Assembly (NCBI RefSeq): GCF_006345805.1
Contig: NW_021834192.1
Coordinates: forward strand, 1 to 50,720
Length of the DNA stretch: 50,720 nt
From: Octopus sinensis
Lineage: Eukaryota
Reading direction: 5' to 3'
Positions 25,130-37,390 of this stretch are shown one piece after another. Position 1 is the first letter of the stretch. Every line of letters starts with the position of its first letter. Both the position numbers and the translations under genes were made by a program. The notes under the pieces were generated by a model. That model was not told the origin of the DNA. It made no database searches and was given only the letters and a program-made list of their open reading frames with translations.

Positions 25130-25425
25130 AAAATTTAAGAAGGACGGTTTTTGTGGACATGACGGAATTTCTATAATTCTGTTGAAAAACCTTGGGCAAG
25201 TAGCAATAGGAGCCCTGGTTCAAGAGGGAAAAGGCGGTTATGTGTCCGGTGGACATTCACAAGACTTTCGACTCCGTGCCTAAGAAAATACTGACTAGGA
25301 AAATATTTCTCAGCAAAATCCCCTCCATCCTAAAAAAGTGGATGACTAACTTCCTCATTGGGCGAAGAGGGAGAATCTATACCAAAAGTATAAGGTCAAG
25401 CTCGAAGTATTTTCCAGATGGATAA
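25130..25425 (+). mobile_element. Degenerate non-LTR reverse transcriptase fragment (CR1/Jockey/I-like)
   Basis: GHDGISIILLKNL and DIHKTFDSV...IPSILKKWMTNFLIGR motifs, joined by an internal deletion. Confidence 0.65.
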
Positions 25426-26699
25426 AATTGATTTATCTTGATTAAAATATTTCTCAGAATTATGAATAATGGTACAATTTTATGTCATTCCATCAATTTT
25501 CAATTCGCGAAAAACCGGTCTTGGTAAAGTTGACAATCTTTTGCCGCCATTTGAACGAATTGGAAGTAAATCTGTAAATTGAAAATAATTAAGCCACATT
25601 AACTACTTCTCAACTCAATGGGACTTTTCACAGACAAGTGTATAATAATGGTATTATTACATTCATTTAAAATCAACATGATTCTTCCACGCACATTTAA
25701 AAAACTTAAATTATATATTTATTTATATTATTGAGTTTAGCCTATTAAATGGTAAACCTAAAACTGTATAAATTCACATTGCTTAATTAACTGCGTCAAC
25801 TTGTCGCATGTTCTTTTATTGCAAATAAGTATTATTTTTATTCAAGGACTTGATGCATATTAATATTTGCTCAGAACCTTCCATGAATTAAAAAATTGTT
25901 GGTTATGAGTTTGTTTCTCCCAATATTGCGATATGTATTATTCCTTTGTCTATAATTTAAAATAATGACCTAATTTTTGAATTCCAGTGGTCAAATAGAT
26001 TCTTGATTTGACCTATTTATAATTTTATTTTTCAGACAATTTAATAATTTATTTTTAATGTTTTTTAAGTGCTATTACTCAAACAACATTACTTAATGAT
26101 TATTAATGTTTTTTATACTTTTATTGTATGCCGAATTCTCATTTTATTAAATACAACAATTTCTATTATTTGATTTCCCTTTATTTATTTTTTGGTTGGC
26201 TTATCTTCACCGAGTACAAATACAGTGATATCTCTTCCAACATCTCTTTACGCAGGATAGCACAAGATAAGGCACGATTGCTGTAACTCATATTGACTTT
26301 CCTGTATTGTCAAAGAACTAACTTTTGATTAAGTCCATTTTAAGAAAAGTAACTCATTATGTACTTCCTCGGTGTTTAATTTTTTAGTCAAGCTTTATCT
26401 TTATTTATTTTTACACGTTACTCGAGAGAAAATTAATGGATAGTAGATAGTAGTTGTTGTAGAGTCATGGACACTCCATTATACAAGCACGTGAAAATGG
26501 GCTACTCTTGAGGACAAACCATTACCTCCTCAGTCTTCCCACGACTGTCCTTCATGTTCGTCTCCCTGATGCTTCGATAGAACAAACACAAATCACCCTT
26601 CGACCAGTCCGACGTCAAAAACAGGACCCCCGTCCGAAGCCTCCATAATGGCACGTTCTTCCTCAGTCACTCCGGCAGTGAGAACAACTCGGTCTCCCT

Positions 26700-26935
26700 C
26701 CAGCAATTAGTCAAGGATACTACTCCCGAATTGACGAGCAAACGAAAGATTGGAAGAAATATAGCCCGATAGATTGAGAATAGACTGGCCTTTAAGGTTA
26801 GGCACTGCCAAATTGACACGGAATGACACGGAGGACTCCTCGGAAACGCCTTGAACCTGGAGACAGCTCGGAATGACTGGACTGCCCTGTCTCTGTTTTC
26901 TGCCCCTTTCATGCATTCTGTGTGATGATTCACAA
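26700..26935. repeat. Internally deleted paralog of an unidentified sequence at ~32470-33645
   Basis: 26864-26923 matches 33584-33643, 26826-26849 matches 32756-32779, and 26808-26830 matches ~32601-32622. Confidence 0.75.
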
Positions 26936-27699
26936 ATTTTTTTAATGTTCACCCAAAAAGTGAATAAATAATTTTTATTTACTTTATTCAATCAATGATT
27001 TGCTAAGCAGTATTTTATCTTTACTACCCTGCCTCTTCTCGTCTCGATTTCACTCTCAGCCGTATCTTGGCTTTCGACTTTTTTAAAAAAGCCGCAGGCC
27101 ACGATAAATACAAGAAGGATCCTTCGTGCTTTTAGAGTTCCTCCGATGGCTTTTTTGAAGGCTCATGTATCTAATGCTTGGAAGATCACCGAAGTATGAA
27201 TAAGTAAAAACCTTAATTTCTAATACATTAGCCTGATACTAACAATATCGACCCGAGTGGAAATAATTATGACGATGCTCCATATTTTTTGATAGTGTCA
27301 TCACTTTTTTACACATCAAATTTGACGTTTTTATAAATATGAAGCAAAAACAATTATATTTATTTGAAATTCATGAATATAATTAGCACGAAATGGGTTC
27401 AAAAGAATGCAAGATTTTATTGTGTAGCATGATGAACTAAATCGAAAAAGTTATCATTGTAAAAATATATTGAATTAAAAAAAATGATAGGTGTGCCATG
27501 ACTTATTTGCCCCACTGTAATTATGACGATGCTTTACAACAGCAATGGGTCTTTTACGCTGCTCTTAGCTGCTGTGCCAGCATACTAAGCATGCAATCAA
27601 CAGTTATAAATGTAGCTGATGACTGCAAATTAACCTGAAGAAAGTGCCCAATTACCAAAACTTTATGACTTTAATTAATAAAGAATTATTGATTGAACA

Positions 27700-28700
27700 C
27701 TATTAAAACTATCCTCGTTCGTCAAGTCCGTACATATTTCTTAAATCGGCAGCACTAAATAATAATTAAATGATTTTTTACTTTGGAGGAGAATCTACAA
27801 GTTCAATGTTTCACATAGAGTTCAGATCTATTAGTCTGATAAACCATCTCAAACCTGCAGGTGTAGTCCGCTTCCAACGACACGCAAACAGGACAAAAAG
27901 TATCAGTGATATGCCGAACAGAACCGTGGCTCCAATATTGAAATACCACGCAGTACGAGCCGTATATTCGATTACAATGGTATAAGCAGTATTTTCAGGA
28001 CCATAAGAAACCATTGTCTCTTTGGATAAGTAATTCAGACCAAGTGCAGGACAGTTGATGGAACATTGGTAGTGTCCTGACAATGTCTCATTCTCCAACA
28101 CGTTTGATGTGTTGATTGTGAGTAGACTAAAAATATATAACAAAACATACCCAGAGTTGTTAGAGTTGATATTTAAATTATAAACATGGGATTCATTTAT
28201 TGGCTTAGAATCGAAAAGAAATTGAAATTGGCATTGGTTTGCAATGGCAGCGTGGACAAATCCGGAACAATAAAATGTGACTTTTTCATTTCGTGATATC
28301 AAAATTGTCGAAAAATTGGTGTCAAATTTAACGACATCTACAAAAAATTACAAAAATTGACCTTGATTAATTATTCTGGCAGAAGAGTGAATATTTGGGC
28401 TATTTGTAAAATTAGTTTTACAGCTGATGGATCCAGTTGCAGTCCTTTCAGTAAGACGAAACAAGTCTTTGCCTTCATCTGATGAATTAAACATTGAGAT
28501 ATACCCTAAATAGCACCATCAAGGATCCAAGAAATGGGCAAATCAATAAATTTTCATTACTGTTATCGACAAATCGGCACAAGAACGAACAGATCGAATT
28601 TTGTTTGTTTACGACACAATCTTTCATTGAGTCTTCTGTGAGGGAATATCCTATTTGAGTCAAATTATAAGAAACTATTACAAAAAACACAAAAAAATGG
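27700..28700 (-). CDS. Candidate type I membrane protein with two Ig-like domains (possible frameshift)
   Basis: VTFYC...LSGHYQC domain, TM helix WYFNIGATVLFGISLILFVLFAC followed by RWKR. Upstream SFLC/ISWILDG/GSISC domain joined by a 24-nt GT-AG intron. Many NxS/T sites. Confidence 0.55.
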
Positions 28701-30527
28701 ACAAATAATTTTCAAGATACACCACAAAAATATAAAACAAAAGATAATTAAAATAAGGGAGAAAATCCCAATTATGAACTCATTGAAATATTCAGCGATG
28801 AATTCCGATACCTGTAATTGTAGATATTAGTACATTTTATTCGCAGCTATCAACTGGTGATTATCTCGTCCACTTATCTCGGCTTATTTAAATGAGGCTC
28901 AATTCATTTATGTATAAAAACAGAACTAATAAATTCATTACTTCGGTGGATACCCTCTGAACCTTCAAGAAAATTCGTCTGAGTCATCATCTTAGAAAAA
29001 TTGCAAAAGATATTATGTGACATGGGCAATAAAGTCGCTATGGGCAGCCTGTCCTTCACGTGTTACTACGGCAACTGCAGAAAAATAGTAATTTATTATG
29101 GAAGAATGTAGATTAATCAATAAATCGAATTAAAAATTGCATTTAAATTATCTTTTAAAAATGGCTTACCCAAAAGTAGAGTAATTTTAACAGCGTGGTT
29201 TTCAACACTTGTTTATACCTAGGTTTAAGGGTTACGTCAGAAATATTAACGAATACACTCAAATTAAGGAAGCGTTAATCGGGATATTCACGGAGGATAT
29301 GAATGCCCGAAACAAACGCCGGTTGGCCGAAAAAGCTTCCAATTTTTGTCAAAAAATGATAAGTATTAATCTTTTTTAATTTAAAGACTTTATTTGAAAG
29401 GGAAAATTGAAAAATAGTAATTCCTTCGGACTGTCTGGCAGAGAAGACCCATGCTTGTTTTCTACACTTGATGTCTCACGGAGGCGTCAACAAAATTGAA
29501 TTTCTCTGTCGTCGGCATTAGTTTATCGTGAAAAGTGAGTTCATAAGAAAAGTCATATCAGAGTGCGATGTCTGCAAGTTTTCTCTTCCACATAAAGTTA
29601 AGCCTGTTTTAGTAATGGATAGTCGAACGCTTTAATCAGACAATTACAAGATCACTATCAAAGTTGAAGTGCCTTAATGAAAATAAATGGGTCTCCATTC
29701 TCGAATATTCGGTGTATTGCTACAATACAACGATGCATTCATTTTCGAATGAGATCCCATTCAAGCGATATCGAAAAATTCTAGGAACAAATCTGTTAAC
29801 GATCATCGACTCTATAGAAGGCGGCATATTTTAAATAGGCTGAAGAATCGTCAGCAGAAACATCTTTTAATTTCGAAATACATTCGATCGGTGGTGAAGA
29901 CTACAAGAGGATGAATAGGAAAATGGGCGTGCATTGTAGTAAATACAATTATGCCATAGGGGACACAGTTGTAAATTAATTTTTAATCTTATTAAGGTTC
30001 GGATTACGGGACGAATCCAGTTTTAATGTTGAATAAATTCGAATCAAAGTATTCCGATACATGTGAAATACGTGCAATTTTGTCAATTCTAGAGACCAAA
30101 TTATTGCAATCATTCGTCGGTGTAGCTATTGTTTTTCAAAAAAAACAATGGCTACTAAACCTACAGTCACTCCAATCATTGCTAAAAATCCGCGCGATAG
30201 ATATACCGCGGATCTAATAGATCTTAGGCGGTATTCTTCAAAAAGTGACAAAAAATGGAGAAGAGATTACTGAATTGTTTCGGAAAATTTTTTATGCATA
30301 TCAACCACCAACTGCATACCGACAATGGTAGAGAATTTACAAATTCCAAAATGCATGCGATGTGCCTCGAGTTCGGCACTAAACAGATATTTGGTAGACC
30401 TCGTGCCCTTGGATACAAGGTCAAGTTGAAAGGTAAATACAAGGTAATTTAACATTAAGATTCAATCAATCAATAAAAAGGTGGATTTCGTCAACAACTG
30501 CTTCAGAGAATAAATTTGGCAGTTATT

Positions 30528-30626
30528 TAACCTGCCTTAAACGAATTGTATTCATGTATAACCTGCCTTAAACGAATTGTATTCATGTATAACCTGCCTT
30601 AAACGAATTGTATTCGAATTGTATTC
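30528..30626 (+). repeat. 31-bp target-derived tandem repeat (~2.8 copies plus an 11-bp re-copy) at the RTE 5' junction
   Basis: TAACCTGCCTTAAACGAATTGTATTCATGTA starts at 30528, 30559 and 30590, followed by GAATTGTATTC. Confidence 0.95.
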
Positions 30627-31146
30627 AAAACTTAAAATATACAACACATTTGTTGTCCCAGTCCTAATGTACAATGGATCGACGTGGGGAATCAGTAAGA
30701 CCGATATGAACAATTTGGACCGATTTCATCGGAACCAACTGAGAAGAGTGATAAACATGCAATTCTCAAGGAAAATAGCAAATTCCACCCTATACAAAAG
30801 ATGCAATTCGAGACCGATCTCTATGGACATCCTGGAGTCCAGATGGCGACTCTTTGGACACATATTAAGACTTGACAGCCTCACTCCGCCGAATATCGCG
30901 ATGGAAAACTACTTCGCCCATTCCAAAGGAGACTTCCGTGGAAGACCCAGGGTCACTCTGGCTACCACGCTAAATGAAGATCTAGCTGGAATTAATAAAA
31001 AACTGAAAAATGGCGATGATCTCGACTCACTCAGGACGATCGCAACTGACCGGAGAGCCTGGAGACGCATGACCGGGAGAATTTCAATGGTGGCACAAGG
31101 AAAGCTTAATTAACTTATGACTTTTCCGAAAGTGCTTTATAATAAT
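30627..31146 (+). mobile_element. 5'-truncated RTE LINE (second family) inserted in an integrase
   Basis: KLKIYNTFVVPVLMYNGSTW...RWRLFGHILRLD...RGRPRVTL with an ATAATAAT tail. Target AAACGAATTGTATTC is repeated at 31147-31161. Confidence 0.9.
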
Positions 31147-34100
31147 AAACGAATTGTATTCATGTACAACAACACCATTCACGAGACAACAAGAAAAATA
31201 CCATTCGAAATTTTTATCGGAGCCAAATATCCGAATGAAGTTTGCCTTGAAGATTATCAAGGCTTGTTGGCTTTCGACGACGATTCTGTAACCTCTAATT
31301 TGATAAAAATAGGACGAGATCTTGAGTAACAATTACACAATAGACAATGTGATGGAAGATAGTCTTAATCCAATGAATGTTCTGCAAAAAGAACAGGAGG
31401 AGGCAAGAATAAATACTCTTCGAGCAGCTTTAAAAATGTCTCAAAAAAGAAAATGGCCAAACGACGAGGAATTCCTAGCAATCGGTTTTAAAAAAATTAG
31501 ATAACATCCTTGTGTCCAAATAATCTACAGTAAGTGGTTCGAAAAATATGATAAAACTTGATGGTTTGCCATAATATTTTAGAATTAATATTGTATTAAT
31601 ATTTAATACTATATTTGCCAATCAAAATTAAAAAATAAATGGGTATAGCCATACGTGTCGCCCACCCATATGAGCCGACCGTGACATAATAGATTGTTCT
31701 TTGATTTTACCAGAATGTATAAATATTATGATAATCAAGTCATATTAAAGTATAAAAGGGCAAATATAAAAAAAAAATTTTAATAGAAATTGACTTGAAA
31801 GGAATAAATCAAAATAAAATATAAAAATGATGAAATTTAAAACTGTATAATCACAAAATTAAAGTTCATAAGAATTATTCCTTCATAATCAATAGAAATA
31901 AACCAATATAGAAAAAAATAAAAACAACAACAAACTAAATCAACTAAGTGTATCAGCGTGCTCTAAATTATTACCATTAGGCTTTCCATTAAAAATATTC
32001 TAATTAAACAATTTTTAATAAATATAAATTTTATTTATATCAATAAGACATCCCATGATGAACTATACACCAACAAATTAGGGTTGCGAACAATTAGGAA
32101 GATTCATGTTAGTAGATATTTGCACTACTTTTTAATTATGCAATAATTCACTTCCATCATCGTTGCTCACCTTTTTTCTTTATCTCTCCCTTTACAGCAA
32201 TAAATCAAATTTCATCTGAATAAAACGAATAGTCCACTACCTGCATAAGGTATCATATTTGTACCTTTTCCAAAGAGATAACAAACAGAATGGGGGATAA
32301 TGGATCTCTCTGTGAGTTCCGAGTGTTGTTTCAAAACTTTTCTAGTCATCATAGTCTCTATCATCTAACTATTCTGACGGCCCTCTACTTTTAGTAGCCC
32401 TCTACGTGTTATTTGCTGCGTTCAGAAGATGACATGATAATTGATATATCAATTTTTAATCATGGTTTATAGCCGCCAACTGCTTTTTGATGAAATCAAT
32501 ACTCGAGAAGATAGTTTGGAAGACACTGAAAATAGACCAGAGAGGTATCTCTTACAATGGAAGATGGTGGAATATACTAATGAGTCTGTATAGTGGACGG
32601 AAATTGACACATAATGACACGGGAATCGAGAAAATGTCATAATTGGCTCACAAATAGTTAACATTGTCTATAACCATCAGAATGTGGTACTACACAATCT
32701 GGGGTGAAAGAGGTACGGCAGGACATTCTCCAGGTCGTCCACTGAGTTTAAAATAACACGGAGGACTCTTCGGAAACGCTAGGGAGAGAAAACACAGCAG
32801 ACGGACAAACATTTTCTCTACAATGGCACAAAAGAATAACATTGAGTCTGGCATGTTCCAAACTGTCAAACAAATAGAGCACACACTTCAGAATGTCACC
32901 AATGGACTCCGGAAAATGACATGTCAATTTGTCACCAAGAACAAACAATTTGTGAAAATAGATAATAACGATGGGCCACGTCAAGTCCGACTGAGGCATT
33001 AATTCCAAATACAACCATTTCTGGAATACAGCACTATGGACTTGTCGAGGAATATGCCAATAGTGTAGCACACAGAGGGACGAGTTTGCTCCAAAACACT
33101 CAGCATTTCGAGGAGGGGGAGAAATTCCCCCCTTCAGACTGAGAACACGATCACTCCACTAAATAATGTGATTGATCAAGTTCTACCAATAATGAATAAA
33201 TGATACCCTCGAATGAATTAATAACTAAATTCCCCACCAGTATAGCCCACTATAGTCCACAGTCGATCATATCTGAGAATGCTCTCCTGACACCGAATGA
33301 GTACAATAATGTTGGGAGTACATTTGAACAGACTCCATCCAGTCCTAATCATCGAGGACACGCACAGAATTGGTCTCACTCATCAGAGACAGTAAAGAAC
33401 GAAAGACACATTCACACAACTGGTCAGTGACTGCAGTGGACTGTGCCAAATACCCCATGCTTGCAGAACAGCCTCCTTCTTGACCACTTCGGAAGGAGAC
33501 AAGAGTAGAATGAGCATTCTACTCACCCAAATATTTGTCACATAGTCCCTCGAAAACGGAGGCAGCAGGATTGGCCTTGCAGGCAGCTCGGAATGACTAG
33601 ACTGCCCTGTCTCTGTTTTCTGCCCCTTCCATGCATTCTGTGTATATTACTCCACCCATTGGGAGGCCTTCGACACAGGGCCTCCACTAGAAGAAGGACG
33701 GAATGCTGGTCGCAGGTAATGTGAGGGCATCGAAGACTACACTCACACATACACATGTTGAGTTGGTGCATGTACATAATACGAAGAGGGACGACCGGAC
33801 GAGAGATATGTCCACCAGGCGGGCGACGTGTTTGGCCGCAGTCTGAGAATGAGACACAATCATGACCAATAGGGAACAGTCTCGAGTGCCTCTATTCTGC
33901 ACATTCGCTATTAGACTGGACAATATACTCTGCAATGTCCACATTAGTATTTTGTGGGTAGCCAATTCTACAATAGATGGTTTGTTTCTGTGTGGACTGT
34001 TCACGGAATGGGTTTCCTGTGTAGTGTTTCCCCTCATGAAGCTCCTGTTCATAAAATAAGTTCTTTGATTGTCCCAATCTTGGTCTGAACCATTTTCTGA

Positions 34101-34399
34101 TATGCCAAAAAAGTCAACAACTGCATCAGAGATCTTTTTCTGTAGGGAGCTTCTTCCATCTATGCAATAACTGTATTACAAAGTTTAAAATACTTAAATC
34201 AATTGTTAACGTTACAATCAATTGGCTGTTATTTTTTTTAAATTAGTTTAATAATAATTAAAAGAAAATAAAAAGTACAGTGGTCTTAACCGGCATTTAA
34301 ATATACCGGATCTCTCTCTAAACCGAATAAAATAATTCCCAGAAAAAGATTACTTTTTAAAAACACAATTTATTATTAAAAAAGAAAATAAAATTAATG

Positions 34400-35580
34400 A
34401 GAAGGTTGATGTTTTTTGATGCAATTTTTTCAAGTCATCTTCTTTTATATCGAGAAGTGTTGAAGGTTCTCGGAAAATAAGCAAAAAATCTAATCCGCTT
34501 ACGAAAGGATAAAAATTACACATTTCTCACCAAAATTCTGACAAAGGAAGTTTATCATACAATTCTTTAGTAATCAAAATATTGATTATATCAATAAAAG
34601 CCTCTTGAATATTTTCATCGACTAGATGTGAATCGGGAAAGTACAGTAAAACCTCTCGAATCCGCCGATTTTGGGACCGACCAAAAAATCGGCGGATTCG
34701 AGAAATCGGCGGATTCGAGAGGCAATTTAAATAATATTTTATAGTTGAAATATGAACTTACATATAGATTAAGAACTTGCAATATGAACTTGCAATTAAC
34801 ATCGAATCTGATAGAATTGCTCCACTAGATTCCATTAAGTTAATCCATGTTATCATCGCTACATCAATTTCATTAAATTTGAGTTTTGGAATTCTCGTTA
34901 TGTTTAATTTTTTGATGTCAGTCCTATTCAAAAGGTCCGATTTTGATTTAAGGTCGTTTATAGTTCTCGGAGAAATTTTCTTTTTTAACCGTGAAGAAAC
35001 AATCTTGGAAATTTGAGGTGCAGAAACGAATGGGTTGTCAGAAATATAACGTAGTATAGAAATTTTTTCGTTGATAGAAAGTCTAACACAGCGACGCATC
35101 ACAAAAATACAATTTAACGTGTAATGAAAATTTTAAAATGTTAATTAATTTAACTTACAATTAGATAAAAAATTATTTTTCATAATACTTGAGGAGCGGA
35201 TTCGAGAAACAAGCGGATTCAAAATCATTCATAGGAAATTTCAAATTTTTGATTAAAACAAGCGGATTCGAGAAGCGGCGGATTCGAGAAGCAGCGGATT
35301 CGAGAGGTTTCACTGTATTTATTTATTGTACGAATTAATTTTAAATCAAAATTGGCCAATTCTGGAAAGTATTTATTTACTTTTTTGAATATCGTTAAAT
35401 GTGCATAAATAAGGTCGAGTATTTTTTGGTTTCAAATTGATCTATTTTAGCAAATTTTTTAAAAGATTCAAACATAATAAAATCATTCAGTTCAAATTTT
35501 TCTTTCCACAGTTGTAACTTCATAACAAAGGCATTAATAGTTAATACTAAACAGTTCACAAACTTAATTTTATTCACAAA
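34400..35580 (-). mobile_element. hAT (Buster/ZBED5-like) transposase fossil split by a Tigger element
   Basis: INAFVMKLQLWKEK (35395-35577) and QEAFIDI...LPLSEFW*EMCNFYPFVS (34440-34620). Confidence 0.55.
34644..35315 (-). mobile_element. Non-autonomous Tigger/pogo deletion derivative (672 bp) retaining only the HTH region
   Basis: 22-bp TIRs CAGTAAAACCTCTCGAATCCGC / GCGGATTCGAGAGGTTTCACTG (one mismatch), TA TSDs, GCGGATTCGAG subterminal repeats, and ORF 34758-35102 (RLSINEKISIL...FNEIDVAMITW). Confidence 0.9.
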
Positions 35581-35949
35581 TTCTGATAGATTTTCTTAAT
35601 AAATAGAATCTTATTTAAAGTCCATCTGATAAGATGATTTTTATAAATATAAAAACCTTGGTAAACCAAACCTCCATAAACCTGACAATTTTCGTGGTCT
35701 ATCAGGGTCCAGTTTAGACAAGTTCTCCGGTCCAAAAGTTTACAGTTTTTTATTATTTTTGTGTGTGAAAAATATGAAACGTTGAAAATTATCAGTATTC
35801 GACTCCCTTTAACAATCAAACCCGAATTTATTAAAGATTCTGATATGATCATGGCTATTCGTACAAACTGAAAAATTCACCAATAAAATACTCTGCAAAT
35901 ATTTTTTTAAGTATATAAAATGATCACAAAATTTGTTGAAAAGTGGCTA

Positions 35950-36587
35950 GAACATTCCTTGAATGATTTGCTCTTGGTTGGGGCCGCTCACAATGTACTG
36001 GAGGTAGGGGAAATAGAATACAAAATATTCGAACATTATTCCCATCAGCAACACCCTGAAGCAAACAGAAATCCAATTTCCTGAATCCGTAACAGTCCAC
36101 AAGCAGAAAAAAATAAAAGTATCAAAAACAGTTATCATAAGTGGAGTGGGATCCTAGACATTCCAGAAGTCGACTACTTTTGGGAAAAAGAATATATAAG
36201 GCAATCGAGGTCCCGATCACTTCCTGCATGTACGAGCCCACAATCCACATTGTTATATTTACTGCTTTGGGCAAATATAATTGACAGTTCTGCGCTAAAT
36301 CCTTTTCAGTGACAACTCCCAGACGGAGAGCCAGTCGTTGAAAAACTGCACCCAAAATTGTGGAAAACAACAACAGCCACAAAAGCTAGAAATTGCGAAA
36401 TAGGGACCACTTAATATCCCGCCAACTTTCCTGTTCTCAAATCAGATTCAATGTTTCCCGGGTCGACGTATGCGATGCTGACCAAAAAATCTGGACCAAG
36501 ATAGGCCAAGATTTTATATAAAAGCAAAAACCATACTGTGTATGTAAGACCGTCTGAAACATAAAAAATCAAAAACAATATTGTCAT
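35950..36587 (-). pseudogene. SLC11A: NRAMP/SLC11 divalent metal transporter, truncated and degenerate
   Basis: [22 protein letters not shown] and [26 protein letters not shown]. The EIAII segment before GSxMQEVIG is missing, there are frameshifts, and homology stops at GMF* (~TM5). One 25-nt intron. Confidence 0.85.
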
Positions 36588-36830
36588 AATAAAAACTAAT
36601 TACAAAATTTAAACGTAATGCTCTTTAAAAAATAAGAGTTCCAGATAAATTTTAGCTTATAAATATATTTTTAATCTTTTATTATATAATTTCTTAAGAA
36701 AATAATAAATATAATTAAGAAATAAGTAATTCTTTCGGAATTTAAAAAATGCCAATAATTCAAGTGTGAACTTTACACAAATAAAATTAACAGAAAATTA
36801 ATCAAGATAATAAACTTTTAGATCATTTTT

Positions 36831-37289
36831 TTATTTCATTGAAATTATGTTCTTTTGAATTAGTGAATATTCAAAATTACCTTGATTTAATTGCTCCCTC
36901 ATTTCGTTCATTTTTATTAGCTCATTTAAGCAAAAGTTTTCTAATTTTAAATCTGGAGAATGAAAAAATATATTTTCAAGATGTTTTATTTTATTTTCTA
37001 TACATTCGTTGCTGATTCTCAACCTATCCGAGCGTTCAAATAGTAGCGATATGTACTGCTTAGAAGCCTTTAAAAGATTACGTCTAGAAATCTATTTACA
37101 TCAAACGTAAGAATTACATTTCTGTCTGAATTTGGGATGATTTGATTCAGATTCTGAAAACTTTTTTTTATTTTATTTCGTCGTTTTCTTTCTTGATAAT
37201 TGTGATGAAGGCGTTCATCAATCTAAACGATAAACGAGAGATAAGTATTGTTCGTTAACCAATTTATCTGAATTGATATCAGAATTCAT
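36831..37289 (-). CDS. MAX: MAX-like bHLH-ZIP transcription factor, 131 aa, intact, 3 exons
   Basis: Exons 37289-37260, 37222-37118 and 37091-36831 splice in frame (introns 37 and 26 nt), giving HHNYQERKRRNKIKKSFQNL..IP....ISRRNLLKASKQYI...LRISNECIENKIKHLE. Confidence 0.85.
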
Positions 37290-37390
37290 TGTTCTGTTAT
37301 TAAAGAATTATATTTATTATTGACCTTAAAAAATTTTGCAAATAAATACAATGATTAATTTTTAATATTTTTAAATTTCAATAAACGTAC
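37290..37390. promoter_or_regulatory. Putative bidirectional promoter between MAX and ARID4
   Basis: Divergent genes separated by roughly 100 bp of AT-rich DNA. No motif identified. Confidence 0.4.

Larger units (their letters stand above)
29440..31510 (+). mobile_element. Two degenerate Ginger2/KRBA2-type integrase remnants
   Basis: SHGGVNKIE...CDVC and VERFNQTITR (29450-29730). RRCSYC, PRDRYTADLIDL, LHTDNGREF, FGRPR and YNNTIHETTRKIPFEIF (30100-31330). Confidence 0.8.

Noticed and set aside
27240-27535. Complete Tc1-like MITE
   Set aside because: A plausible right end (CTTATTTGCCCACTG|TA) and a 15-bp direct repeat are present, but there is no convincing left TIR.
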